NCBI GenBank assembly: GCA_965208105.1
Contig: OZ242318.1
Location: 896,001-960,000, forward strand
Source of the DNA: Candidatus Latescibacterota bacterium
GTDB lineage: Bacteria; Latescibacterota; UBA2968; UBA8231
Length of the DNA: 64,000 bases
Direction: 5' to 3'
In this document: in pieces, positions 48,497-58,669 of the stretch
Layout of the letters: every line of letters starts with the position of its first letter
Position numbering within the stretch: the stretch's first letter is position 1
Translations under genes and position numbers: made by a program
Notes under the pieces: generated by a model
Database searches by the model: none
What the model was told of the DNA's origin: nothing
Seen by the model: only the letters and a program-made list of their open reading frames with translations

Positions 48497-51166
48497 TTGA
48501 GCCCGGTAGCTCCCCCAACCCGACCCGACCCGCACGCGCCGTTACGGCACGACGTTCAGGACCTCGGGACCATGCTCGGCATCACTCTGCGCGAGCAGGG
48601 CGGGGAGGGGTTGTTCGAGTTGGTCGAGCGGGTGCGGGCGCTGGCGAAGAATGCCCGCGCCGGGAATGACGACGACTTCCGTGAACTGGAGGACCTGCTG
48701 TCCCATCTCCCGGTGGAGGACAGCTTCAACATCAGCCGCGCCTTCGCCCATTTCCTGACCCTGGCCAACGTGGCCGAGCAGCACCACCGCGTGCGGCGGC
48801 GGCGGGCCTATCAGCAGGACCCGGACGCCGGTCCACAGCCGGGGTCGCTCGACGAAACATTCGACCGCCTGCTGCAAGAGCAGGGCGTCGCCCCCGAAGC
48901 CCTGCACGAGACCATCTGCCGCCTGCAGATCGAATTCGTGCTCACGGCTCACCCCACTGAGGTGGTCCGCCGCACCCTGCTGCGCAAGCACAACCGCATC
49001 GCCGAACTGCTGGCCCGGCGCGACACCCGCGGTCTGACCAGATACGAGCGCGACGAGGTAGAGGAAGCCCTGCACCGCGACATCACCTCCTGCTGGCTCA
49101 CCGACGAAATCCGCCGCAGCAGGCCGACCCCCCTGGACGAGGCCCACGGCGGCCTGGCCTATATCGAGGAGATCCTGTGGGAGGTGGTGCCCCGTTTTCT
49201 CCGCCTCCTGGACAGGGCCCTGCGAAAGTTCACCGGCAGGCCCCTGCCCTTGAACGCTGCTCCGGTGCGCTTCGGCTCCTGGATGGGCGGCGACCGCGAC
49301 GGCAATCCCTACGTCACCGCCGACGTCACCCGGAATGTCTGCCTGCTGGCGCGCCGCCAGGCCGTCATGCTCTACGCGCGCGATTTGAAGTCCCTGGCGA
49401 GCGAACTGTCCATCACCGTCTGCAGCGACGAACTGCGGGCGCGGGTGGGCCAGGCCCACGAGCCCTACCGCGCCTTTCTCGACGTCGTCCAGGAACGCCT
49501 CCGCGCCACCCTGGAGGACCTCGACGCGCAATTGGCGGGGCAGCCGCCGGCAAACCCCGGCGCCTATGAGAATGCGGAGGACCTCGCCGATGCCCTGCTT
49601 CTCTGCCACCGGTCCCTGCACAGCGCCGGCGCCGGGACCATCGCCGACGGCCCCCTGCTGGATACGATTCGCCGGGTAAACTGCTTCGGGCTGACCCTGG
49701 CGCGCCTGGACATCCGCCAGGAAGCCGGGCGCCACACCGAGGTGCTCGATGCCTTCACCCGGTCCCAGGGATGCGGAGCCTATGGACAGTGGGACGAGTC
49801 CCGGCGGCAGAGCTTCCTCGCCGGTGCTCTCCAATCAGACCCGGTCCCAATACCCCCGCAGTCGGTGGGCGATGCGTCTTCCCGCGAGGTCCTGGAAACC
49901 TTCAGGGCGATAGCCGAACTGGGACCGGACGCCCTCGGCGCCTACGTGATCTCCATGGCGAAGACACCGTCCGACATCCTGGCGGTAGAATTCCTGCAGC
50001 ATCAGGCCGGATGCCGCCGGCGCCTTCCGGTAGTGCCCCTGTTCGAAACCGTGGACGCTCTGCGCCAGGCCGGCGCCACCATCCGCCAGGTCCTGTCGAT
50101 TCCCTGGTACCGCAGGCAGATGGGCGACGGCCTGCAGGTGATGGTGGGATATTCGGACTCGGCAAAGGACGCCGGAATCCTCTCGGCAGGGTGGGAGCTC
50201 TACAAGGCGCAGGAAGAGTTGGTGCAGGTATGTGGCGAAAGCGGAACCCGCCTCACCCTGTTCCACGGCCGCGGGGGTTCCATCGGCAGGGGTGGAGGCC
50301 CCACCTATGCGGCCGTCCAGTCCCAGCCGCCGGGGTCGATCGACGGGCGGCTGCGGGTTACCGAACAGGGCGAGATGATTCAGAGCAAATTCGGCCTGCC
50401 CGGCATCGCCATGCGGACCCTGGAGGCGTACACCTCGGCCGTGGCAGAGGCCACCCTGCGGCCTTCGCCCAGGCCCGGTCCCGAGTGGCGCGCTTGCATG
50501 GAGCAGCTGTCGCAAACCGCCATGGCCGCCTACCGCGAGGTGGTGCGGGAGGATGCCCGCTTCGAGCCGTATTTCCATGCAGCGACCCCCGAGGCCGTCC
50601 TCGGCGAGCTGAACATCGGCAGCCGTCCGGCGCACCGGCGGGCGGACCTCAAGGTGGAGGACCTGCGGGCCATACCGTGGATATTCGCCTGGACCCAGAC
50701 GCGCCTGCTGCTGCCTTCCTGGCTCGGCGTCGGGGCCGCCCTCGAAGAGGGGTTGGGCAGCGATGGGCGCGGCCTCCTGCCCGCAATGTACCGCGAATGG
50801 CCATTCATGCACGCCACCCTCGACCTCATCGCCATGGTCATGGCCAAGGCCGACATGCGCATCGCCGCCTGCTACGACCAACGGCTGGTCCCCGCGGAGC
50901 TGCGGCCCCTCGGCGGGGACCTGCGGCGCCGCTTCGCCGCCGCCACCCGCGCCGTGCTGGCGGTGACCGGCCGCGACGACCTGCTCGCCTCCAACCGCGT
51001 CCTGCGCCACTCCATCGACGTGCGCAACCCCTACGTCGACCCCCTCAACATCATCCAGGTGGACCTGCTGCGGCGCTTCCGCGACGACCCGGATAACGCC
51101 ACCCTGCACGACGCCCTGCTGGTCACCGTGAACGGCATCGCCGCCGGCATGCGCAACACCGGTTGA
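48497..51166 (+). CDS. ppc: Phosphoenolpyruvate carboxylase
   Basis: VLTAHPTE, SWMGGDRDGNP, VMVGYSDSAKDAG, FHGRGGSIGRGG, LRAIPW, C-terminal RNTG. Confidence 0.97.
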   Translation: MSPVAPPTRPDPHAPLRHDVQDLGTMLGITLREQGGEGLFELVERVRALAKNARAGNDDDFRELEDLLSHLPVEDSFNISRAFAHFLTLANVAEQHHRVRRRRAYQQDPDAGPQPGSLDETFDRLLQEQGVAPEALHETICRLQIEFVLTAHPTEVVRRTLLRKHNRIAELLARRDTRGLTRYERDEVEEALHRDITSCWLTDEIRRSRPTPLDEAHGGLAYIEEILWEVVPRFLRLLDRALRKFTGRPLPLNAAPVRFGSWMGGDRDGNPYVTADVTRNVCLLARRQAVMLYARDLKSLASELSITVCSDELRARVGQAHEPYRAFLDVVQERLRATLEDLDAQLAGQPPANPGAYENAEDLADALLLCHRSLHSAGAGTIADGPLLDTIRRVNCFGLTLARLDIRQEAGRHTEVLDAFTRSQGCGAYGQWDESRRQSFLAGALQSDPVPIPPQSVGDASSREVLETFRAIAELGPDALGAYVISMAKTPSDILAVEFLQHQAGCRRRLPVVPLFETVDALRQAGATIRQVLSIPWYRRQMGDGLQVMVGYSDSAKDAGILSAGWELYKAQEELVQVCGESGTRLTLFHGRGGSIGRGGGPTYAAVQSQPPGSIDGRLRVTEQGEMIQSKFGLPGIAMRTLEAYTSAVAEATLRPSPRPGPEWRACMEQLSQTAMAAYREVVREDARFEPYFHAATPEAVLGELNIGSRPAHRRADLKVEDLRAIPWIFAWTQTRLLLPSWLGVGAALEEGLGSDGRGLLPAMYREWPFMHATLDLIAMVMAKADMRIAACYDQRLVPAELRPLGGDLRRRFAAATRAVLAVTGRDDLLASNRVLRHSIDVRNPYVDPLNIIQVDLLRRFRDDPDNATLHDALLVTVNGIAAGMRNTG

Positions 51167-51232
51167 GGGCCCGGTCCCGCGGCAGGGGGCCATGCCCGGG
51201 TAGCACCTGCCGAGGCGGGACGCTTCGGCACC

Positions 51233-54130
51233 TTAGAACGGCCGGCCGTACTCGGTAAAACCCACCAGCCCGCGCACGAAGAACGACCGCAGGGCAAAAT
51301 TCCTGAACCGTTGCAACGGATTTTCATACCGCATCCGGTTCCAACTCACGCCGACAATGGTGTGCAGATCATAGCCGAAATAGCGCGAGTGGTTGGTCAG
51401 GGTTACAAAGGTAATGCGCTGTTCGAAACTCTCCCGCCGCAAAGTCCGGTTCACCACCCGGTAAGGGAACGATCCCCAACCCTGCACCCCGGCTCGCATA
51501 ACGGTTCGGCTCATCAGCGGATATTTCAGCTTGAGGATCGGAATGACCCGGTGCTCTGAGAGCAGAGGCCGGTTGGCCTCCCGGTCCGCGTGGTGCAGGA
51601 ACAAAAGCTTGAACTGCGGCGTCAGCGCAAGTCCGCCCCAGCGCCAGGTATAGTCGGCGCGGCTGACCAGGGCCCAGAAATCCAGCCGCCGGTGGCGCTG
51701 GAAGAGCCCATTGGCCAGCTTGCCGCCCTGCTGCCAGTTGAGCCGCAGGCGCAGCTTGTGGACCAGGTTCAGCGTCGACCAGGGTCTGAGTTCGGCCTCC
51801 ATATAGGTATCGTTGACATAGCTGTCCTGGTAGAGCAGCCGGTCCCGCCAGTATCCCCGTCGCCGGCCGTCCTCAATTTCGTCCTGAACCCGGCGGACAT
51901 GGTTTTCGAAAAACAGGCGGCGCAACTGCCCTACCCCTTCCCTGCGGTAGCCCAAGAGGGCATAAAATGCGCGGTTGTGCCCGCCGCCTTCGATCCCCTC
52001 GATGGCGTAGCGACCCACCTCTAGCGATCCGTGCCGGCTCAGGTCGGCCTGTCCGAAGAGGTGGTAGCCGCGCTGGTCCGCATCGTAGGGATAGTCCGGG
52101 TCCAGGTCGTCCTCGCGGAAGTCGGGCACGTCGTTGTGGTTGCGGTCAAGGCCGTAGACGTATTCGTCGGGCTCCACCCAGTACATCAGGAAGGGCTCGT
52201 TGAAGTCGGCGACACGGTTGCGGTTGCGGTCCGTGTCCCGGAATCCGTCTCTGTCCTCGTCCCGGCCCAGCAAAACCCCATCCCCATCTCCCCACCTCCC
52301 GGTGCCGAGAATATTACCCACCGAGAAGTCGGGCCAGCGGTCACCGTCTTCGTTGTCCTGCACCAGGCGCCAGATCATGGTATCGTTTTCCAAACCACTG
52401 AGTGGATCGTAGCCGCGGCCGCTCGAGTAGCCGAAGTCCCTGGGCAGATAGGCCTCCATCTCGGTGCTGAAGCCCGGTCCCATGGAAAATCCCTCCATCC
52501 CCACCCGGCCCCGGCCGAAGCGGTACAGCGCATTGACGAAACAGGCCGATCCCCGGCGCGCATGGCGCGGGCCTGCCCCTCCCACAAGAATTCCTGCCAC
52601 CTGTGCCGGATAGCGCCCGTAAACGGCCGAGCGCGCGTACTCCCCATTCACCTCCAGCCACGGAAGCACCAGTCGGGCGTCCGCGCCGTAGGTGAAAATG
52701 CCCGTGTTCTCGCCCACCTGGAAGCGCACCCGGTCAAGGTTCGACCCGTCCTCCACTCGTCCCCTTGCTCGCAGCGCCGGACGCAAAAACGTGCTTTCGT
52801 AGCGAGCCTCGAACCTGGAGGCATTGGGGTCATCGGGGCTGCGGTAGAGGCCCGCCCATTCCACCCGGTAGTCATTGCCCACCAGCGCTTCCACCTCCAC
52901 CTCTTCGATCCGGGTTTCCCCCCTCAGGTCGAAGAGATAGATCAGTTGTTCGTCCCCGTCGGCGAGCAGGATTCCCTCCGGGTCTTCCGGGGAAAAGGTG
53001 GCCAGGAGCCCTTCCAGGTGGGTATTCCCGCTCACGTCTTCACCGGCGTTGTGCGCCAGCAGATAGAGATAGTCCGCATAGTAGGGGACTCCCCATCCAC
53101 GGTAGAACCGGTTGTAGCCTAACCCCCTGTAGGCGCCGAAGGTCAGGAATTCGCCCGAGGTAAGGGTGCGGCCCACCTGGGACGGAACCCCAGCCCGGTG
53201 GCGCACCACCCGAGGCCGCAGATCGGGCCGCGGACGGCCATTGACAGCGAGCTGCACCGACTGCACCACCGCCCCGGCGCTGCCGTCGGCCGGGGCGTCA
53301 TCCGCAACGCGGACGACGAGCCACTCGTAGAGGGGCTGGTCCAGGCGCAGGTTCCCCTTGATGCTGTTGTCCGTTTGAATGCTGTTGTAGGCGTGCAGGT
53401 TCACCCAGTTCAGGCCCAGGCGCAAAGCGCCCAGGCCGGCCTGGGCGCGACTGCCCAGCAGCAGAGTGGAATGGTCGACTTCTACTTCCGCGGCATTTTC
53501 GGAACTCAGATAGGACTCGCGATTGGGCCGTGCAATGCGCGAGCCCAGAGCAGTGAACTCGAACCAGGGAAGGGACACATCCAGACGCGTACCGTTGAAA
53601 TCCGTCTTGGAAAGGGTGAGTGGCGTAAAGCGGGCAATCAACCCGTCACCCACGATGGCACTGTAGCCCCAGCCGCCGTAGCCGTCCCTCGCCACCACCA
53701 TGTGGTCGAACTCCTGGGACCAACTGGCCCAGTCCTTGAACAGCTCGCTGCCCCGGCGCTGTTCCTGCTGGCGCCGCTCGACCCAGGAAAAGAGACGGTA
53801 GCCGGTGGCGAGGTAATCACCGGTGGGGCTCCACAGAGCCTGAGGTCGCTCGATCTCCCTCATATCCAGCCGGGTGGCGATCCCGGGTTCGCGCCGGCCC
53901 CAGGTGTGGTCCGGGTAATGGGAGAAAGGGTCGAAGACAAAGTTGCGGTAGACGGGCCGCTCCTGGCGCAAAAAAGGCCGCGTCTCCAGCATCTGGGCAA
54001 GGGAAATGCGTGCGGCCGGGGTCGCGTGCGCATGGGTCCACAGGATCAGCAAAAGGCTGCAACAGCAGAAAGACAACCACCCCTCGAGGACCCGGACGCC
54101 AGCCGCTCTATCGTCAGGGGAGCTCTTCAT
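51233..54130 (-). CDS. Large secreted or outer-membrane protein with Asp-rich Ca-binding motifs
   Basis: Signal-like LLLILWTHAHA; DNEDGDRWPD, DEDRDG, DRNHNDVPD; barrel-like C-terminal strands. Confidence 0.6.
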   Translation of the reverse strand: MKSSPDDRAAGVRVLEGWLSFCCCSLLLILWTHAHATPAARISLAQMLETRPFLRQERPVYRNFVFDPFSHYPDHTWGRREPGIATRLDMREIERPQALWSPTGDYLATGYRLFSWVERRQQEQRRGSELFKDWASWSQEFDHMVVARDGYGGWGYSAIVGDGLIARFTPLTLSKTDFNGTRLDVSLPWFEFTALGSRIARPNRESYLSSENAAEVEVDHSTLLLGSRAQAGLGALRLGLNWVNLHAYNSIQTDNSIKGNLRLDQPLYEWLVVRVADDAPADGSAGAVVQSVQLAVNGRPRPDLRPRVVRHRAGVPSQVGRTLTSGEFLTFGAYRGLGYNRFYRGWGVPYYADYLYLLAHNAGEDVSGNTHLEGLLATFSPEDPEGILLADGDEQLIYLFDLRGETRIEEVEVEALVGNDYRVEWAGLYRSPDDPNASRFEARYESTFLRPALRARGRVEDGSNLDRVRFQVGENTGIFTYGADARLVLPWLEVNGEYARSAVYGRYPAQVAGILVGGAGPRHARRGSACFVNALYRFGRGRVGMEGFSMGPGFSTEMEAYLPRDFGYSSGRGYDPLSGLENDTMIWRLVQDNEDGDRWPDFSVGNILGTGRWGDGDGVLLGRDEDRDGFRDTDRNRNRVADFNEPFLMYWVEPDEYVYGLDRNHNDVPDFREDDLDPDYPYDADQRGYHLFGQADLSRHGSLEVGRYAIEGIEGGGHNRAFYALLGYRREGVGQLRRLFFENHVRRVQDEIEDGRRRGYWRDRLLYQDSYVNDTYMEAELRPWSTLNLVHKLRLRLNWQQGGKLANGLFQRHRRLDFWALVSRADYTWRWGGLALTPQFKLLFLHHADREANRPLLSEHRVIPILKLKYPLMSRTVMRAGVQGWGSFPYRVVNRTLRRESFEQRITFVTLTNHSRYFGYDLHTIVGVSWNRMRYENPLQRFRNFALRSFFVRGLVGFTEYGRPF

Positions 54131-54168
54131 GGCCTGCGCATTTCCCTTCCGGAAGACAGCGAAGCAGA

Positions 54169-54744
54169 TTACTCCGCCTCCGGGCCCCGGTGCGGAGCCC
54201 CCCGGACCGCCCCCAGCACCTCCTCGGCACCATCCACCACTTTCCACATGGCGCGATGGCTGTCATCCATGAAGCGTTCGCGGATGGATCTCTCCAGCAG
54301 CTCCACCAGGGGATCGAAAAAATTCGCGACGTTCACCATGACGATCGGGTGGGCGTACAGGCCCAGGCGCTTCCAGGAGATGACCTCGATCAGCTCCTCC
54401 AGGGTCCCGCTACCGCCGGGAAGGGCCACAAAGGCGTCCGCCTCCCGGGCCATTATCCGCTTGCGGGCATGGAGGTCTTCGACCAGCCGCAGCTCGGTGA
54501 GCCCGGTGTGGGCCCACTCCAGCTCCTTCATGAAGCGGGGCAGGACGCCGATGACGCGCCCTCCTGCCCCGAGCGCACCTTCGGCCAGCGACCCCATGCA
54601 ACCCGTAGAGCCGCCGCCGTAGACCACGGCGATTCCGTTTTGCGCCAGAAGCGTGCCCAGATGCGCGGCCGCATCGAGGTACATCCCGCCGGTCTCCCGG
54701 CTCGAGGCGCAAAAGACGCAAACCCTGCGAACCTGGCGTGCCAT
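54169..54744 (-). CDS. LOG-family nucleotide phosphoribohydrolase (TIGR00730-like)
   Basis: VCVFCAS, VYGGG..GCMG, ARK, ALPGGSGTLEEL. Confidence 0.9.
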   Translation of the reverse strand: MARQVRRVCVFCASSRETGGMYLDAAAHLGTLLAQNGIAVVYGGGSTGCMGSLAEGALGAGGRVIGVLPRFMKELEWAHTGLTELRLVEDLHARKRIMAREADAFVALPGGSGTLEELIEVISWKRLGLYAHPIVMVNVANFFDPLVELLERSIRERFMDDSHRAMWKVVDGAEEVLGAVRGAPHRGPEAE

Positions 54745-54785
54745 AGGCCGTTCCTTCCCTTCCTTTTCACCCTGGTTCCGCCCGC

Positions 54786-55970
54786 CTACATCGCCGACCC
54801 ACCCACCATGCAGTCGGTCTCCATCCCTTCGAATGAATTCCCCTCGATCAGGGCGTTCTCCGCCTCGGCGCTGACGCGGATGCCGATGCGCTGAACCCCG
54901 GCGCCGGAATCGACGAAGCGGTTGGCGCAGATCCGCACATCGTGGGTGCCCCCGCGCACGTCGACTCCCACCCCATCGCCCCTGGCGCCGTTGTCCCGCA
55001 GCAGGTTCCCCTCCAGGACCGAGCGGTGGGCGCCGCGAAAGGCTCCCTGGCGATCGGTGCAGACGATTCCCGCCCGCCCGTTGCGCTCGACGGTGCAGCC
55101 GGCAATGCGATTGTCCGAGTCGCGGTCGCCGATGTAGATACCCACCTCCCTGTTGTCCGAACAGTCGCAATCTTCCACCAGACCGAAGTTGACCCCGCGG
55201 CAGAAGAATATGCCGCGGTTGTTGCCCCGGGAGACGCAGTTGCGCAGGACCGGGCGCTGGGCGCCGCTGCCCGGATGAAAGCCGAAGTTGGCGTTGTCCT
55301 CGGAGCGGCAGCCCTCGAAGCTCATGTCGTCGCATGCCTGAAAACTGATCCCGTCGCCATTGTAGTTGCGCACGGCTACATCCTCGAACGCAAACCCGCT
55401 GCAGCGGGTCATGAAGATCCCCCCCGAGAAATTGCCGTCCATGTAGGAGTTGGCCTCCTTGTTGCCGTCCACCACCAGGCGGGAAACGCGAACCCCGCTC
55501 ACAGCGCTTGCCGTCAGCAGAGGGAAAACGGACTCCACCAGGGCGCCGTTCTCAGGTCCGATGCCGCAGCCCAGGGGCCGGTCCAGGGTCAGCAGGCCGC
55601 CTTCTCTCTCCACCACCGTGTGCTGGCGGTGGTCGCGGTTGGCATAGAGCTTTTCCCCGTAGCGCAGCATGACCCCGTCACCGATCCTGAACCGGCTCCC
55701 GTCCTCCACCTGGACCTGGGTCTCGAACCACTCGGAGAGGCGGGCAAATGGGCTCCTGGCCCCTGGGGCCTTCTTCAGGAGGGTGTCTTCACCGCAACCT
55801 TCCAGGTCGACGCCGGGACGCAGGTAGAGGGAGTTGCGCAAGGTGAATTCGCCCGGCAGGAGCTTCAACACGCCCCCGCCGAAGCGTGCCAGGTACTCGA
55901 TGCCCGCCTGCAGCACCTTGTCGTCGTCTCCGCGCAGGTCGCCGTCCCTGGGACCCACCGAAAGCCGCAT
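54786..55970 (-). CDS. Right-handed parallel beta-helix (pectate-lyase-like) protein
   Basis: LQAGIE...GGGVLKLLPGEF, VDGNK, repeated N..DGI / N..GI rungs. Confidence 0.8.
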   Translation of the reverse strand: MRLSVGPRDGDLRGDDDKVLQAGIEYLARFGGGVLKLLPGEFTLRNSLYLRPGVDLEGCGEDTLLKKAPGARSPFARLSEWFETQVQVEDGSRFRIGDGVMLRYGEKLYANRDHRQHTVVEREGGLLTLDRPLGCGIGPENGALVESVFPLLTASAVSGVRVSRLVVDGNKEANSYMDGNFSGGIFMTRCSGFAFEDVAVRNYNGDGISFQACDDMSFEGCRSEDNANFGFHPGSGAQRPVLRNCVSRGNNRGIFFCRGVNFGLVEDCDCSDNREVGIYIGDRDSDNRIAGCTVERNGRAGIVCTDRQGAFRGAHRSVLEGNLLRDNGARGDGVGVDVRGGTHDVRICANRFVDSGAGVQRIGIRVSAEAENALIEGNSFEGMETDCMVGGSAM

Positions 55971-56154
55971 CGTCCCGCGGCGGGACCGGGTGCGGTTGTC
56001 GCGTACATCCATCTGCATATCCTGCCCGGGAAACGAGCGCCGCAATCAGCTCAATGCGCCCGGCTAGTGATTGATTTTGCCGCCCGGAAGTTTGGCAAGA
56101 GCCCTTGCTCTCTCTATTTTCGGGAACGGTGAATCGGCCGCAGAAAGGTCAGCG

Positions 56155-56445
56155 ATGGAGAAGGGACCACCCTGTCCCGGTTCATAATCGAAGAGCGGCG
56201 CAAGTCACCGGAAGCCACCGGAGACTTCATCGAGCTTCTGGCCGAGCTGACGACGGCCAGCAAGCTCGCCGCGAGGGAGGTGAACCAGGCCGGCTCACGA
56301 AAATATGACCATTCCCCCCAGGGGCAAGACCTGGAGCGCCAACGAGGGCAACTACCTGATGTGGGACCATGGAATTCGGCGCTACATGGACTACTTGAAA
56401 GCCGGGGACGTTAAGCAGGCAGAGGAGTTCTGCCGAAGCGGATGA
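56155..56445 (+). pseudogene. fbp: Class I fructose-1,6-bisphosphatase relic with two internal deletions (absent from the ORF track)
   Basis: GTTLSRFIIEE...EATGDF..LL....ASKL.AREVNQAG (N-terminus), then HENMTIPPRGKTWSANEGNY (conserved S.NEGN), then DVKQAEEF-stop. Confidence 0.8.
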
Positions 56446-56566
56446 ACGAAATCCAAGTCCGGACTTTGCCTGAATCCATGGTTTGGTTTTATATTTTCAC
56501 ACCAGCCCCCTTAATCTCGGCAAGGGGGCCCAGCTTCGACGATCAGACTTTGAAGGAGGACGATAA

Positions 56567-57328
56567 ATGAGATTCATCCTGACCGCCCTGCTCCTCGCTC
56601 TCGTGGGGACAGTCGATCACAGCGCAGCCGAGGAAGAGGCGGGCGAGCTCAGCATCGACGACTTCATCGACGCCGCCCACGATGACCGCCTCGACGAGGT
56701 CCGGTCCTTCCTGAAGGCGGGGTTGGACCCCAACTCCAAGGACGAGTACGGCATGACCCCGCTGATGTGGGCCGCCCACAACGACCACGCCGATATTGCA
56801 GCGGAGTTGCTCAAGGCCGGAGCCGACCCCAACGCCGAAAACAACGCCGGCGTGACGGTACTGACCAGGGCCTGCGAGCGCGGGCACGTCGAAATGGCCA
56901 GGCTCCTGCTCAGGGCGGGGGCGGACCCCGACATCAAGACGCACTACATCAGGACCGCGCTGATGTCGGCGGCGACGAGCAACCACGTCGACGTCATCGG
57001 CGCCCTGGTCGAGGCCAGGGCGGACCTCGACAGCCGGAACCGGCAGGGGCAGACCGCGCTGATGGGGGCCATAACGAAGAACAGGATAGAGGCGGCCTTG
57101 TTCCTGATCGAATCCGGCGCCGACGTGAACATCAAGTCCAAGAAGGGGCTCACCGCCCTGATGTGGGCGTCGTTCAACGGCCATATCGAGGTGGTCAAAG
57201 CCCTGGTGGACGCAGGAGCCGACCCCAATGCAGAGAGCAAGGAAGGCAACAAGGCTTTGAAGTGGGCAAAGCGCAGGAAATACGATGAGATCGAAGCCAT
57301 CCTCACGGCTGCGGGAGCAACCGAGTAA
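56567..57328 (+). CDS. Secreted ankyrin-repeat protein
   Basis: RBS AAGGAGG, signal peptide, about six G.TPL/TALM...GADPN repeats. Confidence 0.9.
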   Translation: MRFILTALLLALVGTVDHSAAEEEAGELSIDDFIDAAHDDRLDEVRSFLKAGLDPNSKDEYGMTPLMWAAHNDHADIAAELLKAGADPNAENNAGVTVLTRACERGHVEMARLLLRAGADPDIKTHYIRTALMSAATSNHVDVIGALVEARADLDSRNRQGQTALMGAITKNRIEAALFLIESGADVNIKSKKGLTALMWASFNGHIEVVKALVDAGADPNAESKEGNKALKWAKRRKYDEIEAILTAAGATE

Positions 57329-57363
57329 GGTATATCACCCCGGTCCGATCCCGCGCGGGGACT

Positions 57364-58479
57364 CTAGGTCAGCTCGTCGTAGATTTCTTCCAGCCTGCCG
57401 CTCTGCACCGCCAGGTTGTAGCTGTTCTTCACGTGGCGGCGGCCGCTCCTCCCCATGCCTTCCCAACCCCCGGGGTTCTCCACCAGAGCCAGGATGCACT
57501 CGGCCACGGCCTCCACGTCCCTCTCCGGGGCAAGCAGGCCACTTTCCCCGTCGCGCACATACTCCGGAATATCCGCATGCCGGGTCGCCACGACCGGCAT
57601 GCCCGAGGCCTGGGCGTCGAGCAGGATCACGGGAGCGCCGCCTTCGGTGTCCCCGTCCGCCGACCTGGCGCTGGTCTGCAGCAGGATGTGGCAGTGGGGC
57701 AGCTCCTTCAAAACCTGGGAATAGGGCTGCATGCCCCGCAGCTCGACCCGGTCTCCAAGGCCGGCGCGGCGGATCGCCTGCAGTATCCGGCCGCGCTCCG
57801 GGCCGTCTCCGATCAGAAGCAGCTCGCAGGGGAACGGCCTCCTTTCCAGCGCCCTGCCCAGCGCCAGGAGCGCGCAGGGAATGTCCTTCTTGGCCTTGAA
57901 CCCGGCGCAGATCATGAACCGCACCTTGTTTTCGGGCAGGCGCGGCCGGAAGGGGATGCGCTCCAGGTCCACGCCCAGGTGGTGCAGGCGGATCTTTTCC
58001 GGTGGACAGCCCGCTTCCACCAGGCGCTCCCCGGCGGTGCTGCCCTCCACCAGAAACAGGCGGCCGGCCGCGAAGAGCCTCCGGTAGCGCCGCAGCCAGC
58101 GCCGTTGGCGGGGATACTTCACCACGTCCTCCCCGTAGAACGAGGTCAGCAGGGGGAGCGCGGTGGCCTTCTGCGCCCGCAGGCAGCGGCAGCCCTCGTA
58201 GCCGAAGTGGGCGTGGATCAGCCGGGCGCCCTCCCGGCGCAACACCCCGGTGTAGAACGGGTATTTCCCGCTCAGTTTGCGAACGGCCCGGTTGCACAGC
58301 CGCCTTGCGGGCGGGTATGACTGGGCGGAATAGAGGGTTTGAACGGGGAACTCTTCCAGGTTGCGCGTTTCCTGGGTCAACACCACGGGGCGATAGCGCC
58401 GCAGACGGTCGATCTGGGAGTAGAGCCATTGTTCGGTGATGTGCAGGTAGGTGGATGCGCAATGGGCGACGGTCTTCAT
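57364..58479 (-). CDS. GT4 glycosyltransferase (WcaL-like)
   Basis: IHAHFG, HLGVD, DGDTEGGAPVILLDAQA.GMPVVATRH. Confidence 0.85.
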   Translation of the reverse strand: MKTVAHCASTYLHITEQWLYSQIDRLRRYRPVVLTQETRNLEEFPVQTLYSAQSYPPARRLCNRAVRKLSGKYPFYTGVLRREGARLIHAHFGYEGCRCLRAQKATALPLLTSFYGEDVVKYPRQRRWLRRYRRLFAAGRLFLVEGSTAGERLVEAGCPPEKIRLHHLGVDLERIPFRPRLPENKVRFMICAGFKAKKDIPCALLALGRALERRPFPCELLLIGDGPERGRILQAIRRAGLGDRVELRGMQPYSQVLKELPHCHILLQTSARSADGDTEGGAPVILLDAQASGMPVVATRHADIPEYVRDGESGLLAPERDVEAVAECILALVENPGGWEGMGRSGRRHVKNSYNLAVQSGRLEEIYDELT

Positions 58480-58669
58480 TTACTCACCTTTAACCGGTCA
58501 GGCCGCAGCCGGGGGGCCGTCCCCTCCCCGAAGGGTCTGCAGCCATGCCGGACCACCTGGAATCTCCTCGATGGACTATTGCCCCGAGGTCGGTTAAGTT
58601 ATGGACAGCTCCACGTGCCTTGAACCGCAATAAACCCGGAAACTCAACCGAAAGCGGGGGTCTTCGAGC

